A DNA stretch of 64,000 bases from Candidatus Bathyarchaeota archaeon (GCA_963726255.1 CAVSBL010000002.1:320001-384000), one strand, 5' to 3'. Positions 28,222 to 39,216 are shown, numbered from the stretch's first letter. The notes: generated by a model not told the origin, from the letters alone. Made by a program: numbers and translations.

Positions 28222-28920
28222 GTGGCACGAACAAACTTGGTCGAACGAACGTCAGCACAGAAGTTGACCGTTACCCTCGCCGGGGCGGCAGTCTTCGCGG
28301 CGATTTCAGCGATTTTGACCCTTGCGAAGGCGTCGGTGCCGTTCCCATTAATTCCCTACCTCCAAGTAGACTTCTCCGAGATCCCCATTCAAATGGCCTT
28401 CTTCCTCTTCGGTCCTTTCGCCGGCGCAATTACCGCAGTCATTCAATGGATATTTCTAAACGAAACCGGGGGCGACGCGCCCCTCGGCCCCGCGATAAAA
28501 TTCGCCGCGGTCATATCGACCCTCGGAGGCTTCTGGCTGGGCGGCGAGGTATCTCGCCGAATCAAGGGGAGTTCGGCCCATCCCTCACTTGCTTTTTCAT
28601 TGATACTTGGTAGTGGTACTCTCTTGCGCGTAGCTGCGATGACCGTCGTCAACTACGCGGTCTTAGTATACATTGGGCCAGTTTTCTTTGGCGCAAACTA
28701 CCTAGCCTTTGCGAAAGTAACGCTGGAGAAGTCGACGGGGTGGACGTTCCCAAGCGATGCTATGGTTCTAACTTACACGCTAATTTTTACCGCTCTGTAT
28801 AATGTTGTGAACCTTCTCGTGGCGGCAATCCCTGCCGGCTTAATTGTTTCCCCGATTGCGAAATCGTTCAGACACATTACTTCGGGTGAGACTTGGCTGG
28901 CTCGAAATACGCACTCGTGA
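28222..28920 (+). CDS. ECF transporter S component
   Basis: PFPLIPYLQVDFSEIP...FGP; about 6 TM. Confidence 0.8.
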   Translation: MARTNLVERTSAQKLTVTLAGAAVFAAISAILTLAKASVPFPLIPYLQVDFSEIPIQMAFFLFGPFAGAITAVIQWIFLNETGGDAPLGPAIKFAAVISTLGGFWLGGEVSRRIKGSSAHPSLAFSLILGSGTLLRVAAMTVVNYAVLVYIGPVFFGANYLAFAKVTLEKSTGWTFPSDAMVLTYTLIFTALYNVVNLLVAAIPAGLIVSPIAKSFRHITSGETWLARNTHS

Positions 28921-28957
28921 GAGCTGTGGAGTAGTTTCTCCACATCTCTGCAGCACG

Positions 28958-30214
28958 TTAGAGTATTACGATGTTCTCGCGTTTGGGGCCCACGGACACG
29001 TACTGGATCGGCACCTTCGCCAGTTCCTCGATTCGCTTGAGGTATGCCTGGGCTGCTTTTGGTAGGTCATTCCACTTTCGTGCGCCTGTTGTGGGTTTCT
29101 TCCACCCCGCCCATTCCTCGTAGACGGGTTGCACTCTTCCCAAGTCAACGGTGTCTGGCATTTCCGTGATTTCTTTCCCATCCAAGCGATAGGCAATGCA
29201 GACCTTCATGCTTTCTAAGGAATCTAGCACGTCAAGCTTCGTGACTGCAAGGCTCGTCAAACCATTTAATGATGCAGCATAACGGACAATCACGCTATCT
29301 AACCAGCCACACCGCCTAGGCCGTTTGGTCGTGGCACCGTATTCTTCACCGATTTCGCGCAGGCGTTCTCCATCCTTGTCAAAGAGTTCTGTAGGGAATG
29401 GGCCGCCTCCAACGGCAGTCGTGTACGCTTTCACAACACCGATGATGTTTTCGATTGAACGGGGCGACACGCCAGCGCCGGCGCAAGCGCCCCCAGCCGT
29501 GGGTGATGACGCGGTGCTGTACGGGTAGATTCCCCAGTCAAGGTCGCGCATCGCACCCAATTGGCCTTCGAGCAAGACCTTCTTGCCTTCGGCCAGTGCC
29601 TTGTCTAGAATTGGCCGAGAGTCAACAATTCTCGCGCCCAATCTGGCGCCCCAATCCCTAGCTTGCTGTATCAGATCCTCCGCCCGCAGAGGCGCCAAGC
29701 CGTAAAATCCCAACTCGTGGTTCTTGAGAGGAAGAACCGACTTCAACCTGGTTTGTAGGAAGTCAACGTGGAGGAGGTCCCCTATTCGGATGCCTCGGTA
29801 GGCCGCTTTATCGCCATAAACGGGCCCTATGCCCCGGCGCGTCGTCCCCAGGCCGCCTTTCCGTTCTCCCGCCCCGTCGAGAAGCCGGTGGTACGGCCAG
29901 ACAATGTGCGCCCTCCTGTCGATCCACAGGTTGTCGGTCTTGACTCCAGCTTTCTCCAATGTTGCGATTTCGTCGAGCAAGGAGTCTGGGTCGATCACGG
30001 CCCCTGCCCCGTTGATGCAAACAACTTGAGGGTAGAAGATGCCGGACGGAATCAAGTGAAGCTTGAATGTACCGTAATCATTTACGACAGTATGCCCCGC
30101 ATTGTTGCCGCCCTGAAACCTGACAACAAAATCCGCTTTGGCGGCGAGATAATCTATAATTCGGCCCTTTCCTTCGTCGCCGAATTGCGCTCCGACAACT
30201 ACAGTGCACGCCAC
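28958..30214 (-). CDS. purA: Adenylosuccinate synthetase
   Basis: QFGDEGKG, GGNNAGHT, GATTKRPRRCGWLD, TKLDVL. Confidence 0.96.
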   Translation of the reverse strand: MACTVVVGAQFGDEGKGRIIDYLAAKADFVVRFQGGNNAGHTVVNDYGTFKLHLIPSGIFYPQVVCINGAGAVIDPDSLLDEIATLEKAGVKTDNLWIDRRAHIVWPYHRLLDGAGERKGGLGTTRRGIGPVYGDKAAYRGIRIGDLLHVDFLQTRLKSVLPLKNHELGFYGLAPLRAEDLIQQARDWGARLGARIVDSRPILDKALAEGKKVLLEGQLGAMRDLDWGIYPYSTASSPTAGGACAGAGVSPRSIENIIGVVKAYTTAVGGGPFPTELFDKDGERLREIGEEYGATTKRPRRCGWLDSVIVRYAASLNGLTSLAVTKLDVLDSLESMKVCIAYRLDGKEITEMPDTVDLGRVQPVYEEWAGWKKPTTGARKWNDLPKAAQAYLKRIEELAKVPIQYVSVGPKRENIVIL

Positions 30215-30311
30215 ACAGTGTCCCCCTCACTGGGGCAGAAGACTGAATTTAAGCTTTGACAGCAATTCACGAGGGCGATAGCTTGCGGCACGGGAGACCT
30301 GCTGTTTAGGT

Positions 30312-30353
30312 CCGAGGGGAGAGAATGGATTTCAGTCTGGTCGTCGAATGTCG
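30312..30353 (+). repeat. Partial copy of the dispersed repeat (left part)
   Basis: 35/42 identical to 55229-55270. Confidence 0.8.
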
Positions 30354-30376
30354 AAGGGTGTCGTTTCTCACGCGCC

Positions 30377-30658
30377 CTATTCTGTACTCGTTGTGAGTTG
30401 AGAGGCATCTCTAGAAAACCCCCATTCTTGTTCATTCAGTCGAGCAGAATCACTTAGTTGCCGCTTCCTATTCACGAGGAATGCTGCTACTAGAAATATG
30501 GGCGAGAGCACAATGGCTGCAACACCAAGATAAAACGATGTCTTATCGGTCGTCGGATAAATGGCCAAGATCGTGATTCCGCCTCCAACAATCAACCCTA
30601 TGACGATCACTCCCACTATGAAGCCTGTGTTTCCTGGCAGACGTTGTTCTTGGTTCAT
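30377..30658 (-). CDS. Small 2-TM protein, paralog of 40797..41003
   Basis: Shared GGITIL.YPT.DKTSFY...VLSPIF. Confidence 0.7.
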   Translation of the reverse strand: MNQEQRLPGNTGFIVGVIVIGLIVGGGITILAIYPTTDKTSFYLGVAAIVLSPIFLVAAFLVNRKRQLSDSARLNEQEWGFSRDASQLTTSTE

Positions 30659-30693
30659 GAGCGGTCGTGTGCTCAGCCGAAATCGCAGCTCTG

Positions 30694-30711
30694 TTTATAC
30701 TGATATCGGTC
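30694..30711 (-). promoter_or_regulatory. TATA box with overlapping imperfect palindrome
   Basis: TACTGATATCGGTC next to minus-strand TATAAA; also conserved at 41032-41045. Confidence 0.5.
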
Positions 30712-31176
30712 GACTACGAATTGGCATCCTTATTTCGGTGAGAAAGGAGCACTGCCGTACTGGGTCGTAGTCACAGGATGTAGAAGAAACTACTGGTATG
30801 TCAATAATTCCCTAGGAAACTTGCCTAACACAAGACTCGATCGTGGAGTGCTAGAGGACGACTTGGACGATCAGTGAACTCGATGCGCTGTAATTGTCCG
30901 TGGGCCGATGGGGCAAAGATGAACCGAACGCAGATTTCAGGGACACATTCGAAAGAAACTTCGTTTATACCTCAAACATTGTTCTTAATTGATAGTTTCC
31001 ACAGCCAAAGTGGTATCCTGAGGAAAGAGACTAACGTGAAAACCCATACTACACCGTCCTTGGATTGAGCTGAAATGACCTCATTCGCCAAACGCGGTAC
31101 ATCAGAAAACAATTCTGCGCGGGGCTTCGGCGTCGTACTAAACGTGTCGAACCTCACCGTAAAGTCCGATCACAAG

Positions 31177-31614
31177 ATGCCTGCTAGGAAGGATCACTCG
31201 GAATTAGGAGGCATATTGATATTCATAGGTGGAATCATGGCTTTGATTTTTCCAGTTTTTCCACTCAGTCTAACGCTACTGATGCGTCAGGATTTAGGAG
31301 AATGGTTTGAGAATGTTGGCGTATGGATTACCGGAAGTGGGGGCGCCCTTGCAATACCACACCTGCCAGCGTTTGTCGTAGTATTCGTAGCTGTGGGCGC
31401 TATTGCTACGGTACTCTTTGGAATAATCGCTGTGTCAGCATACACATGGGTTAGGCGCGGAGAGGTTAGGGAAGGAGGTTTGGTTGCAATCATGGCTGGG
31501 ACGGCAATGATTGCAAGCTTGCACTGGATTCCAGGCATCATAACTGTATTTGGGGGAGTCCTCTGCTACAACTCAAATCAACATGCCGAAAACCGTGGTA
31601 CGACCAGCTCTTAG
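31177..31614 (+). CDS. Hypothetical membrane protein
   Basis: 3-4 Gly-rich hydrophobic helices; ATG at 31177 assumed. Confidence 0.6.
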   Translation: MPARKDHSELGGILIFIGGIMALIFPVFPLSLTLLMRQDLGEWFENVGVWITGSGGALAIPHLPAFVVVFVAVGAIATVLFGIIAVSAYTWVRRGEVREGGLVAIMAGTAMIASLHWIPGIITVFGGVLCYNSNQHAENRGTTSS

Positions 31615-31639
31615 AAAATCCGTTAAACATCTACTGTCT

Positions 31640-32191
31640 CTAGTTTCTGCAATCCTGGTCGAGCCACTGACCATCAACCTTCCTCAACCGGGCTGCGTAA
31701 TTTCCGCACTCCTCGCAGAACCCAGCGAGGGTCACCTCTTGAGGCTCGTTAGGAGTCATTCTCGCTTCTAGTTTCGTTCGTTCTCTAATCAAGAAGTGCA
31801 GTTCGGGTTCGACACGGATTATGTCTGACTCTGCGATTATACCCACTGTCTGATGGGCCCTCTCAACTAAGAGTCTGCGTATGCTATGCTCAGCCATCTT
31901 CTTCGCAGCTTCCTCAACAGGGGCATCCTCTCCAATCGTTATCAGTGGAGAACTCAACACTTCGCTAACTCTGACCTTCGTTGCATCCAACCCTTTGGAT
32001 ACGACTCTCGTAATCAAGTCGCGATCGGTAATTATTCCAACAAGCTCTCCTTGACGTTTCACTAGAACTGACGATATGCCCTTTTCATCCATCAGCCTAG
32101 CTGCCTGTATTACGGTCTCCTCCGAATCCACAGAAACGAGACCCCCCGTCATCAACTCCCTCACTTTCACAACAACTTCCTCTCGTTCCAA
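31640..32191 (-). CDS. CBS-pair protein with zinc-ribbon-like tail, paralog of 14539..15117
   Basis: GIITDRDL, GFCEECG...LDQDC. Confidence 0.85.
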   Translation of the reverse strand: MEREEVVVKVRELMTGGLVSVDSEETVIQAARLMDEKGISSVLVKRQGELVGIITDRDLITRVVSKGLDATKVRVSEVLSSPLITIGEDAPVEEAAKKMAEHSIRRLLVERAHQTVGIIAESDIIRVEPELHFLIRERTKLEARMTPNEPQEVTLAGFCEECGNYAARLRKVDGQWLDQDCRN

Positions 32192-32634
32192 AACTCGTCT
32201 CCCTCCAGATCCTCACCAAGATGAAATCGTACTGGTGTTCGCTAAGAAATAAAGCGTCTGGCGGTATAGTGAACGCGGAGCTGGATGGAACAGTTCCGAG
32301 ACATACGACCGTCACACCCGTACAGTTGTCTGAACAGTTTCCTATGGGGGTACCGCAATGCACACGAGAAAACTAATCTTGCTAGCCCGCACTAATTCAC
32401 TTCCAGAACTAAGGTGTTTCACATTTTTATCGCGAGTGCCCTATAGTAACCTCTCAACGTCTGGGCCACTTATTCGCCTGCAAATCCTACTTCAGTTCGT
32501 GAACCCGAGATCCTGTTGGGCTTCTTAATCACCTGCTTGAGAAAGAAGTCGTATCTGACAGAGTTTAGATTCCGGAGGATTCATCTGTCTTCGCTCTTGC
32601 GCTTTTAAGCTAGCTAAACTTCCTAAGGTACTCG

Positions 32635-33957
32635 TTGATTTCCGTGGGCAAAAACAAGATCAGCACCTCAGCCGCGACAGCGGTGGGACTCGGAGCAATC
32701 ATAGGCGCTGGGATTTTCACGTTGAGTGGCACGGCCATTGCGCTCGCTGGAGTCTGGTCGCTCTTTTCGTTCGTTCTGGTCGGATTCGTGGCTATCGTAG
32801 TTGCTCTCGAGATAGGCGAACTTTGTTCCATGTTTCCGAACGCGAATGGCGCCAGCTACTCCTATGCCTATGAGGCATTCGGTAGCGAACTAGGCTTCAT
32901 CACGGGGGTGCTATTGTACTTCAGCTTCGCGAGCTCAATCTCTGTTGTTGCGCTTGGTTTCGGAGCCTATCTTTCCAATCTTCTCGGGCTCTCGCCGGAT
33001 ACGTATGGTTCCTACTTGGCTATTGTCATAATCGCAGTACTGAGTGCTTTCAACCTCCAGGGGATAAAGAAAGCCGCTAGAGCCGACCTCGGATTAGTCA
33101 TGATAAAGCTAGCCATATTGATAACGTTCATTGCTTTCGCGATGTTCTCACTCCACCACCAAACTCTCTCCAGTATCTCTTCAGCGCCCCCTCCGGTGAA
33201 TGGATACGCCGCGATTTTCAGTGCGAGTGTAGTCATTTTCTTCGCCTACTCCGGCTTCCAGTCAATTAGCACATTTGCTTCAGACGTGGAGGGTGGAGCG
33301 AGGTCTGCGGCAAAGGCGATCCTCGCTGCTGTAGTTATCAGCATGCTACTCTATGTCTTTGTGGATTTAGCTCTCATACTCATTGTCCCTGTGAACAAAT
33401 TCTCAATCAACGCTGACCCGCTTTCTTTCGCCTTGACCGAATCACACGCACCCGGCTATCTGTCCATTGTTGTGGACCTCGGCGCTCTGATTGCCACCGC
33501 ATCGGCCACGCTGGCCATGATTCTGAGCTCTTCTCGCATACTCTACCAGATTAGCACTGACGGACTACTTCCGAAGCTCCTGCGGAATTACAATGCTAAT
33601 AGAGACGTGGCAAGGAATGGGATTCTCGTATCTGCCTTCATTGCGGTTGTAATGCTTTATTCGGGCAACATCTATGTGATGGCCGCGATAAGCAATTATG
33701 GATTACTCTTCTCGTACTTAATGGTCAGTTTCGCACTCATCCATTTTCGCAGACACGGGAGAGGAGGCTCCTTCCGCGTCCCCATGTATCCTTACCTGCC
33801 CGTCCTCGCAATCGTCGTGCTACTCTCATTCATACTCGGACTGCCGAATGAGGCATTGGTCGTAGGAACCATCATGACAATCGGTCTCCTCATGGCTTAT
33901 TATTTCTTGAAAGAGGTGGAAGAGAAAGGTCCGGTAATGGTAAGATTGTTCGAATGA
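32635..33957 (+). CDS. APC-family amino acid permease
   Basis: GAIIGAGIF, FFAYSGF, about 12 TM. Confidence 0.9.
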   Translation: MISVGKNKISTSAATAVGLGAIIGAGIFTLSGTAIALAGVWSLFSFVLVGFVAIVVALEIGELCSMFPNANGASYSYAYEAFGSELGFITGVLLYFSFASSISVVALGFGAYLSNLLGLSPDTYGSYLAIVIIAVLSAFNLQGIKKAARADLGLVMIKLAILITFIAFAMFSLHHQTLSSISSAPPPVNGYAAIFSASVVIFFAYSGFQSISTFASDVEGGARSAAKAILAAVVISMLLYVFVDLALILIVPVNKFSINADPLSFALTESHAPGYLSIVVDLGALIATASATLAMILSSSRILYQISTDGLLPKLLRNYNANRDVARNGILVSAFIAVVMLYSGNIYVMAAISNYGLLFSYLMVSFALIHFRRHGRGGSFRVPMYPYLPVLAIVVLLSFILGLPNEALVVGTIMTIGLLMAYYFLKEVEEKGPVMVRLFE

Positions 33958-34053
33958 TGCCTCCAAACTCATCAGCAAGAGCTGAAGGCGAGTTGTATTC
34001 TCTTCTCTTTTTCTACGTCGTTTTCCGGCAAATACAGTTCCTTCGGCGTTTTG

Positions 34054-34449
34054 TCAGATAATTACATCAAGCGCCATTTGGGTTAGATATGATGGTCTAA
34101 ACAACAAGAAACTGTGTCCCAGAGGGATGAAACGCATTCGATTACACACGAGTTGATTCCAGTCTTCCCGACGCCAATTCAAATAGAAAATGGATATCAA
34201 TGCAACTATCCCTGCGACTAGAACTATCTCCAACACGTCGCTGAACATCTCGGCCGTAGCTTCCGTGCCAAACAAATTCTGTACGTCGAGCAGTTTCCCT
34301 AAAGTAAATACTATGAGTGAGATCATCGCGATTTGAACAGGCTTGTTTATTATGTCTCTTCTCGAGATCCAGAACACCCACCCGCATGCAAGAGCTGCCG
34401 CGGTCGCGAACAGAACACCGATTATGTCCAAGCCCGTCTCCACGAACAC
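34054..34449 (-). CDS. Hypothetical 3-TM membrane protein
   Basis: Three hydrophobic segments. Confidence 0.55.
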   Translation of the reverse strand: MFVETGLDIIGVLFATAAALACGWVFWISRRDIINKPVQIAMISLIVFTLGKLLDVQNLFGTEATAEMFSDVLEIVLVAGIVALISIFYLNWRREDWNQLVCNRMRFIPLGHSFLLFRPSYLTQMALDVII

Positions 34450-34559
34450 TGCCTCTATCTCACCGCATCACGCAGGATTCAAGAAACCTAAGAGTATTTG
34501 ATAAGGGGGATGTACACAAGGCTGAGGATATCAGCCAGAGAAGGGGCGCGAACGGACCT

Positions 34560-35054
34560 ATGGAGAGCGAGACAAGCAGAAACATGCGAACTTCGGGTGG
34601 TGCGGCGTTCGCCAAGATCTTGGCAGCGGTCGATGGTTCGAAAAACGCTGACCGAGCAGCCAAGATTGCTGTTAAGCTAGCCAAGCGTAATGCAGCAGAA
34701 TTGACTGTCATCTCCGTGGTTTCGAGACCGAGCTACCTCTTTGCGCCTGTATCCGGCGCCGGCGTACCGCCGATGGGTCTGGGTGACTACTATAATTATG
34801 CGAGCAGGGATGCTGAGGCGTGGGTCAATGAAGCAGTCTTCTCAGCTAAAGCTCGGGGTGTTGCAGCGAAGGGGCGCGTCTTGAAAGCTGGTTCATCCGT
34901 TGTCAAATCGATAACGGATTACGCTCAAGAGCAGGAAGTGGATCTTATTGTCTTGGGAACTCGGGGTTTGGGCGGTTTCAATAGGCTTCTTCTAGGCAGT
35001 GTATCGAGCGGAGTTGTTGCCCATGCAGGTTGCTCTGTCTTAGTTGTCAGATAG
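34560..35054 (+). CDS. Universal stress protein
   Basis: KILAAVDGS, DLIVLGTRG..LLGSVS..VLVVR. Confidence 0.92.
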   Translation: MESETSRNMRTSGGAAFAKILAAVDGSKNADRAAKIAVKLAKRNAAELTVISVVSRPSYLFAPVSGAGVPPMGLGDYYNYASRDAEAWVNEAVFSAKARGVAAKGRVLKAGSSVVKSITDYAQEQEVDLIVLGTRGLGGFNRLLLGSVSSGVVAHAGCSVLVVR

Positions 35055-35116
35055 GCCGGCAAGACAGGATGGCATGTCATGACCGTTCAAGATTCAAGCA
35101 AAGACGCAGGTGACTG

Positions 35117-35299
35117 GTGAGTTTAATGTCCTCGAAATGCCCCTCTTGCGGTGGGGAGGCTCCGAGGGGCCTCTGTCAGTATTGTGATCGATGTTCAACG
35201 TGCTGTAAAATCCTTCAAGAATCTGACTACGAGTCCCGAGCGGTCTTGCCGCATTCATTCACCCCACGAAAGGCAAAGCCGGGGGCAGGAATACCGTGA
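35117..35299 (+). CDS. Small Cys-rich, putative metal-binding protein
   Basis: CPSC...CQYCDRCSTCC. Confidence 0.45.
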   Translation: MSLMSSKCPSCGGEAPRGLCQYCDRCSTCCKILQESDYESRAVLPHSFTPRKAKPGAGIP

Positions 35300-35432
35300 A
35301 GTATTCCTCCGCAGAATGCTTTCGATATGTATGACATGAAATTGCCTTTACGGAGAGGTCGAGGATAGCCAGAGAAGCAACTATGAAAGAGATTTGCTGT
35401 AGGGAAGTGTGCTGACTACGGGGTGACCTATC

Positions 35433-37907
35433 ATGGCTGAGAAAACGAAAAAGGCTACTGTTAGCGAACTCTTTCGCAGGCTCTCGTCAAGCGAGAACGG
35501 TCTTTCCGATGCTGAGGCAAGAAAACGAATTCAAGAGTACGGATACAATGAGATTCCTGAGAAGAAGAAAAACCCCATTCTGAAGTTCCTGAAGTATTTC
35601 TGGGGGCCGATCCCTTGGATGATCGAGGTCGCCGTTGTTCTCTCAGCGTATATCCGTCATTGGGAGGATGTTTGGATCATCACGGCGTTGCTCCTGCTGA
35701 ACGCTGTGGTCGGATTCTGGCAGGAGAAGAAAGCAGACAACGCGATTGAGCTTCTGAAGCAGAAGTTGGCCCTGAAGGCACGGGTTCGCCGCGACAACAA
35801 TTGGCAACAAGTGCCCGCGCGAGAGCTCGTACCAGGCGACATAATCCGCATACGCCTCGGCGACATCGTTCCAGCCGACGCTAAGCTAGTGAAGGGCGAT
35901 TATCTGCAAGTAGACGAATCCGCGCTGACCGGAGAATCTTTACCAGTTGAGAAGGCGACTTCCGATGTTACGTATGCTGGTTCGATTGTTCGGCAGGGAG
36001 AAATGGACGCATTAGTAGCTGCCACGGGTGCCAATAGCTACTTTGGCAAGACTGCTAAACTCGTCGAGGGAGCTCAACAGCATAGTCACTTCCAGAGGGC
36101 CGTTATCAAGATTGGAGATTTCCTGGTCCTTCTCGCAGTCTCATTGGTTGCAGTTGTTTTTCTCGTAGCGCTGTTCCGCCATGAGAGCATACTGGAGACA
36201 CTTCAATTTGCACTCGTCCTCATAGTAGCCGCGATCCCGGTGGCATTGCCAGCGGTCCTAACCGTCACAATGGCCGTGGGGGCAACCGCTCTAGCCAAGA
36301 AGGAAGCGATCGTGAGCAAGCTTGTCGCAATTGAAGAAATGGCTGGCATGGGTATTCTCTGCGCCGACAAGACCGGCACGATAACCAAGAATGAACTTTC
36401 CGTAGCTGAGGTCAATGCGTTCCACGCATTCACCGAGGACGATGTGCTCGTTTTCGGTTCGCTTGCATCAAGGAAGGAAGATCAGGACCCGATAGATAAT
36501 GCGGTGATAAGCAAGGCGGAGACAACAACAGGAGCCGCAGCACGTCTAGGCTCATTTAGGGTGACTGCCTTCCATCCGTTCGACCCCGTGGCGAAGCGCA
36601 CAGAAGCCACCGTAGAGGATACGCAAGGGAACGCATTCAAGGTCTCAAAAGGTGCTCCCCAAGTCATCATGTCGCTGGTAGCCAACAAAGAGTCGATTGA
36701 GGCTACGCTCGACGAGAAGGTCAACTCACTTGCGACAAAGGGCTATCGAGCTCTAGGCGTAGCTAGAACTGATTCCAAAGGAAGATGGCAGTTTGCGGGC
36801 TTAATTCCGCTTTACGACCCTCCCAGAGAAGATTCCGCTGTTATAATCAGGACGGCTCAATCCATGGGCGTGCGCGTCAAGATGGTCACGGGCGACCATC
36901 TAGCAATAGCGAAGGAAATCGCAACGGAGATGAAGTTGGGGAACAACATTGTTCTAGCCTCAGCCTTCGTCGATAAACCAGACAGAGAGGCGGAGCGAGC
37001 TGTTGAGAACGCCGACGGCTTCGCACAAGTCTTCCCAGAACACAAGTACCACATCGTCGAGCTATTACAGCACAAGGGTCACCTCGTTGGAATGACGGGT
37101 GACGGCGTGAACGACGCTCCAGCCCTTAAAGAGGCTGACTGCGGAATCGCAGTTGCAGGCGCAACGGACGCTGCGAAGTCTGCCGCAGACATCGTCCTTA
37201 CCAGACCAGGCCTATCAGTGATTATTGACGCCATTAAAGAGAGCCGGAAGATCTTTCAGAGGATGAATAACTATTCCATCTATCGTATTGCAGAGACTAT
37301 TCGCGTGCTATTCTTCATCACACTATCCATTATCGTATTCGGCTTCTACCCGGTTACCGCATTGATGATAGTTCTGTTAGCTCTGCTGAACGATGCTCCT
37401 ATAATGACGATTGCATATGACAATGTAAGGTACTCTAACCAGCCGGAAAAGTGGGATATGAGGCGTACGTTGGGTATTGCCACTTTTCTTGGACTCATCG
37501 GAGTAGTCTCATCTTTCCTGATCTTATACATAGGCAAACAAGTATTCCTACTTACCCCGGCAGTCCTTCAATCGTTTATCTACCTGAAACTCTCTGTGGC
37601 AGGTCACCTGACGGTGTTTGTTGCTCGGACGAAGAAATCGTTCTGGTCGATTAAGCCTTCAATCCAATTATTCATGGCGGTTGTTGTGACGCAGACTATT
37701 GCGACAATCATCACCGTATACGGCATCCTCCTGCCTGCAATGGGTTGGGGACTCGCCATGTTCATTTGGGCGTATGCATTGATTGCATTTGTGGTAACCG
37801 ACTTTCTGAAACTTCTAGGATATCGTTTATTGAACCACGGCGGAGTGAAATTCAGTCTTCAGCCGAAGTTGGCCCTACAAGGCATGCAACAACCCATAAC
37901 AAGGTGA
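35433..37907 (+). CDS. Plasma-membrane-type proton-efflux P-type ATPase (P3A)
   Basis: WGPIPWMIE, TGES, IPVALP, DKTGT, KGAP, YRIAET, LNDAP. Confidence 0.93.
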   Translation: MAEKTKKATVSELFRRLSSSENGLSDAEARKRIQEYGYNEIPEKKKNPILKFLKYFWGPIPWMIEVAVVLSAYIRHWEDVWIITALLLLNAVVGFWQEKKADNAIELLKQKLALKARVRRDNNWQQVPARELVPGDIIRIRLGDIVPADAKLVKGDYLQVDESALTGESLPVEKATSDVTYAGSIVRQGEMDALVAATGANSYFGKTAKLVEGAQQHSHFQRAVIKIGDFLVLLAVSLVAVVFLVALFRHESILETLQFALVLIVAAIPVALPAVLTVTMAVGATALAKKEAIVSKLVAIEEMAGMGILCADKTGTITKNELSVAEVNAFHAFTEDDVLVFGSLASRKEDQDPIDNAVISKAETTTGAAARLGSFRVTAFHPFDPVAKRTEATVEDTQGNAFKVSKGAPQVIMSLVANKESIEATLDEKVNSLATKGYRALGVARTDSKGRWQFAGLIPLYDPPREDSAVIIRTAQSMGVRVKMVTGDHLAIAKEIATEMKLGNNIVLASAFVDKPDREAERAVENADGFAQVFPEHKYHIVELLQHKGHLVGMTGDGVNDAPALKEADCGIAVAGATDAAKSAADIVLTRPGLSVIIDAIKESRKIFQRMNNYSIYRIAETIRVLFFITLSIIVFGFYPVTALMIVLLALLNDAPIMTIAYDNVRYSNQPEKWDMRRTLGIATFLGLIGVVSSFLILYIGKQVFLLTPAVLQSFIYLKLSVAGHLTVFVARTKKSFWSIKPSIQLFMAVVVTQTIATIITVYGILLPAMGWGLAMFIWAYALIAFVVTDFLKLLGYRLLNHGGVKFSLQPKLALQGMQQPITR

Positions 37908-37935
37908 ATGAACGTATCGCGTAGATGGATCAGCC

Positions 37936-39195
37936 ATGTCAATTAGACTCGGAAAGATTATGGGCATACCGATCAGGATTCATTATACCCTATGGTTTGT
38001 TTTCATTCTAATCGCCTGGTCCCTAGCAGTAGGATACATGCCTCATCAATATCCGGGCCTTAGCACCGTGACTTACTGGGCCATTGGTATTGCGTCCGCA
38101 ATAACCCTCTTCGTTTCCGTTCTTGTACATGAGCTCTCTCATTCTTACATAGCGAAGAAGAATGGGCTGCCGATTGCGAGGATTACGCTCTTCTTCTTCG
38201 GCGGTGTCTCTGAGATGACTGAAGAGCCTCAAGACCCTGGCTTAGAGGTTCGTATGGCTGCCGCGGGTCCCTTGATGAGTTTCCTAATCGCAGGCGTTTT
38301 GGGAGCATTATGGTACTTGGGAGGGTCCGCTCATGCACCGGTCGCGATAATTGCTACGCTCGGCTACGCGGCGCTAATCAACGGTGTTCTCGGCGTTTTC
38401 AATTTACTTCCAGCATTCCCGTTGGATGGTGGCAGAGTATTCCGTGGAAGCATCTGGAAGCGTTCGAAGAATTTTGTCGGAGCCACCAGGACCGCTATAA
38501 GAGTTAGTGAGGCCATTTCGTTGCTAATGATGTTTGGAGGGTTCGTATTCATAATCTTCGGAGACTTCGTTGATGGACTCTGGGTAATAGTGCTGGGTTG
38601 GTTCATCAGGTCCGGGGCGCAAACCAGTCTCAAACAAACGCTTGTAGGCGAAGCTCTCTTGGGGGTCTCGGTTGGCGACATCATGACTAGAGAAGTGATG
38701 ACTGTCCCGCCAGAGATCACAGTTCAGCAGCTCGTGTCAGATTATCTCCTTGTGCACCGCCACGGAGGCTACCCTGTTGTGAAGAACGGTGAGGTTCTGG
38801 GCGTAGTCACATTGCAGTGCGTTCGGGCTGTTCCCAAGGAAAAAAGAGATTCTGTGACTGTCCGGGAAGCGATGGTTCCATTCGACCGCACGGTAATGGT
38901 GAAGTCTTCTGTGACCGCCTTGGATGCAATGCAGAAGATGGCTCGGAACAAAGTGGGACGCGTCTTGGTGATCGACGGGGGTCGACTGGTCGGCATAGCA
39001 ACTCGTGAGGACGTTGTCAGCACGATCCAGACGCGGCAAGAGCTCGAACTGGGCCCTGGTCTCGGTCCCTCGGGTCTACCTTCGCCTCAATATCCTCGCA
39101 TTCAAGCAGGGCACTGTGTTCAGTGTGGTGTTCTGCTGCCCGCAAGCGTCAAATTCTGTCCCCAATGTGGGGCGAAGCAATTCGTATCCTCATAG
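37936..39195 (+). CDS. Site-2 (M50) metalloprotease with CBS pair and zinc ribbon
   Basis: HELSH, NLLPAFPLDGG, CVQC..CPQC. Confidence 0.92.
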   Translation: MSIRLGKIMGIPIRIHYTLWFVFILIAWSLAVGYMPHQYPGLSTVTYWAIGIASAITLFVSVLVHELSHSYIAKKNGLPIARITLFFFGGVSEMTEEPQDPGLEVRMAAAGPLMSFLIAGVLGALWYLGGSAHAPVAIIATLGYAALINGVLGVFNLLPAFPLDGGRVFRGSIWKRSKNFVGATRTAIRVSEAISLLMMFGGFVFIIFGDFVDGLWVIVLGWFIRSGAQTSLKQTLVGEALLGVSVGDIMTREVMTVPPEITVQQLVSDYLLVHRHGGYPVVKNGEVLGVVTLQCVRAVPKEKRDSVTVREAMVPFDRTVMVKSSVTALDAMQKMARNKVGRVLVIDGGRLVGIATREDVVSTIQTRQELELGPGLGPSGLPSPQYPRIQAGHCVQCGVLLPASVKFCPQCGAKQFVSS

Positions 39196-39216
39196 GTCCA
39201 CAGGCGAGCTGTAGCG

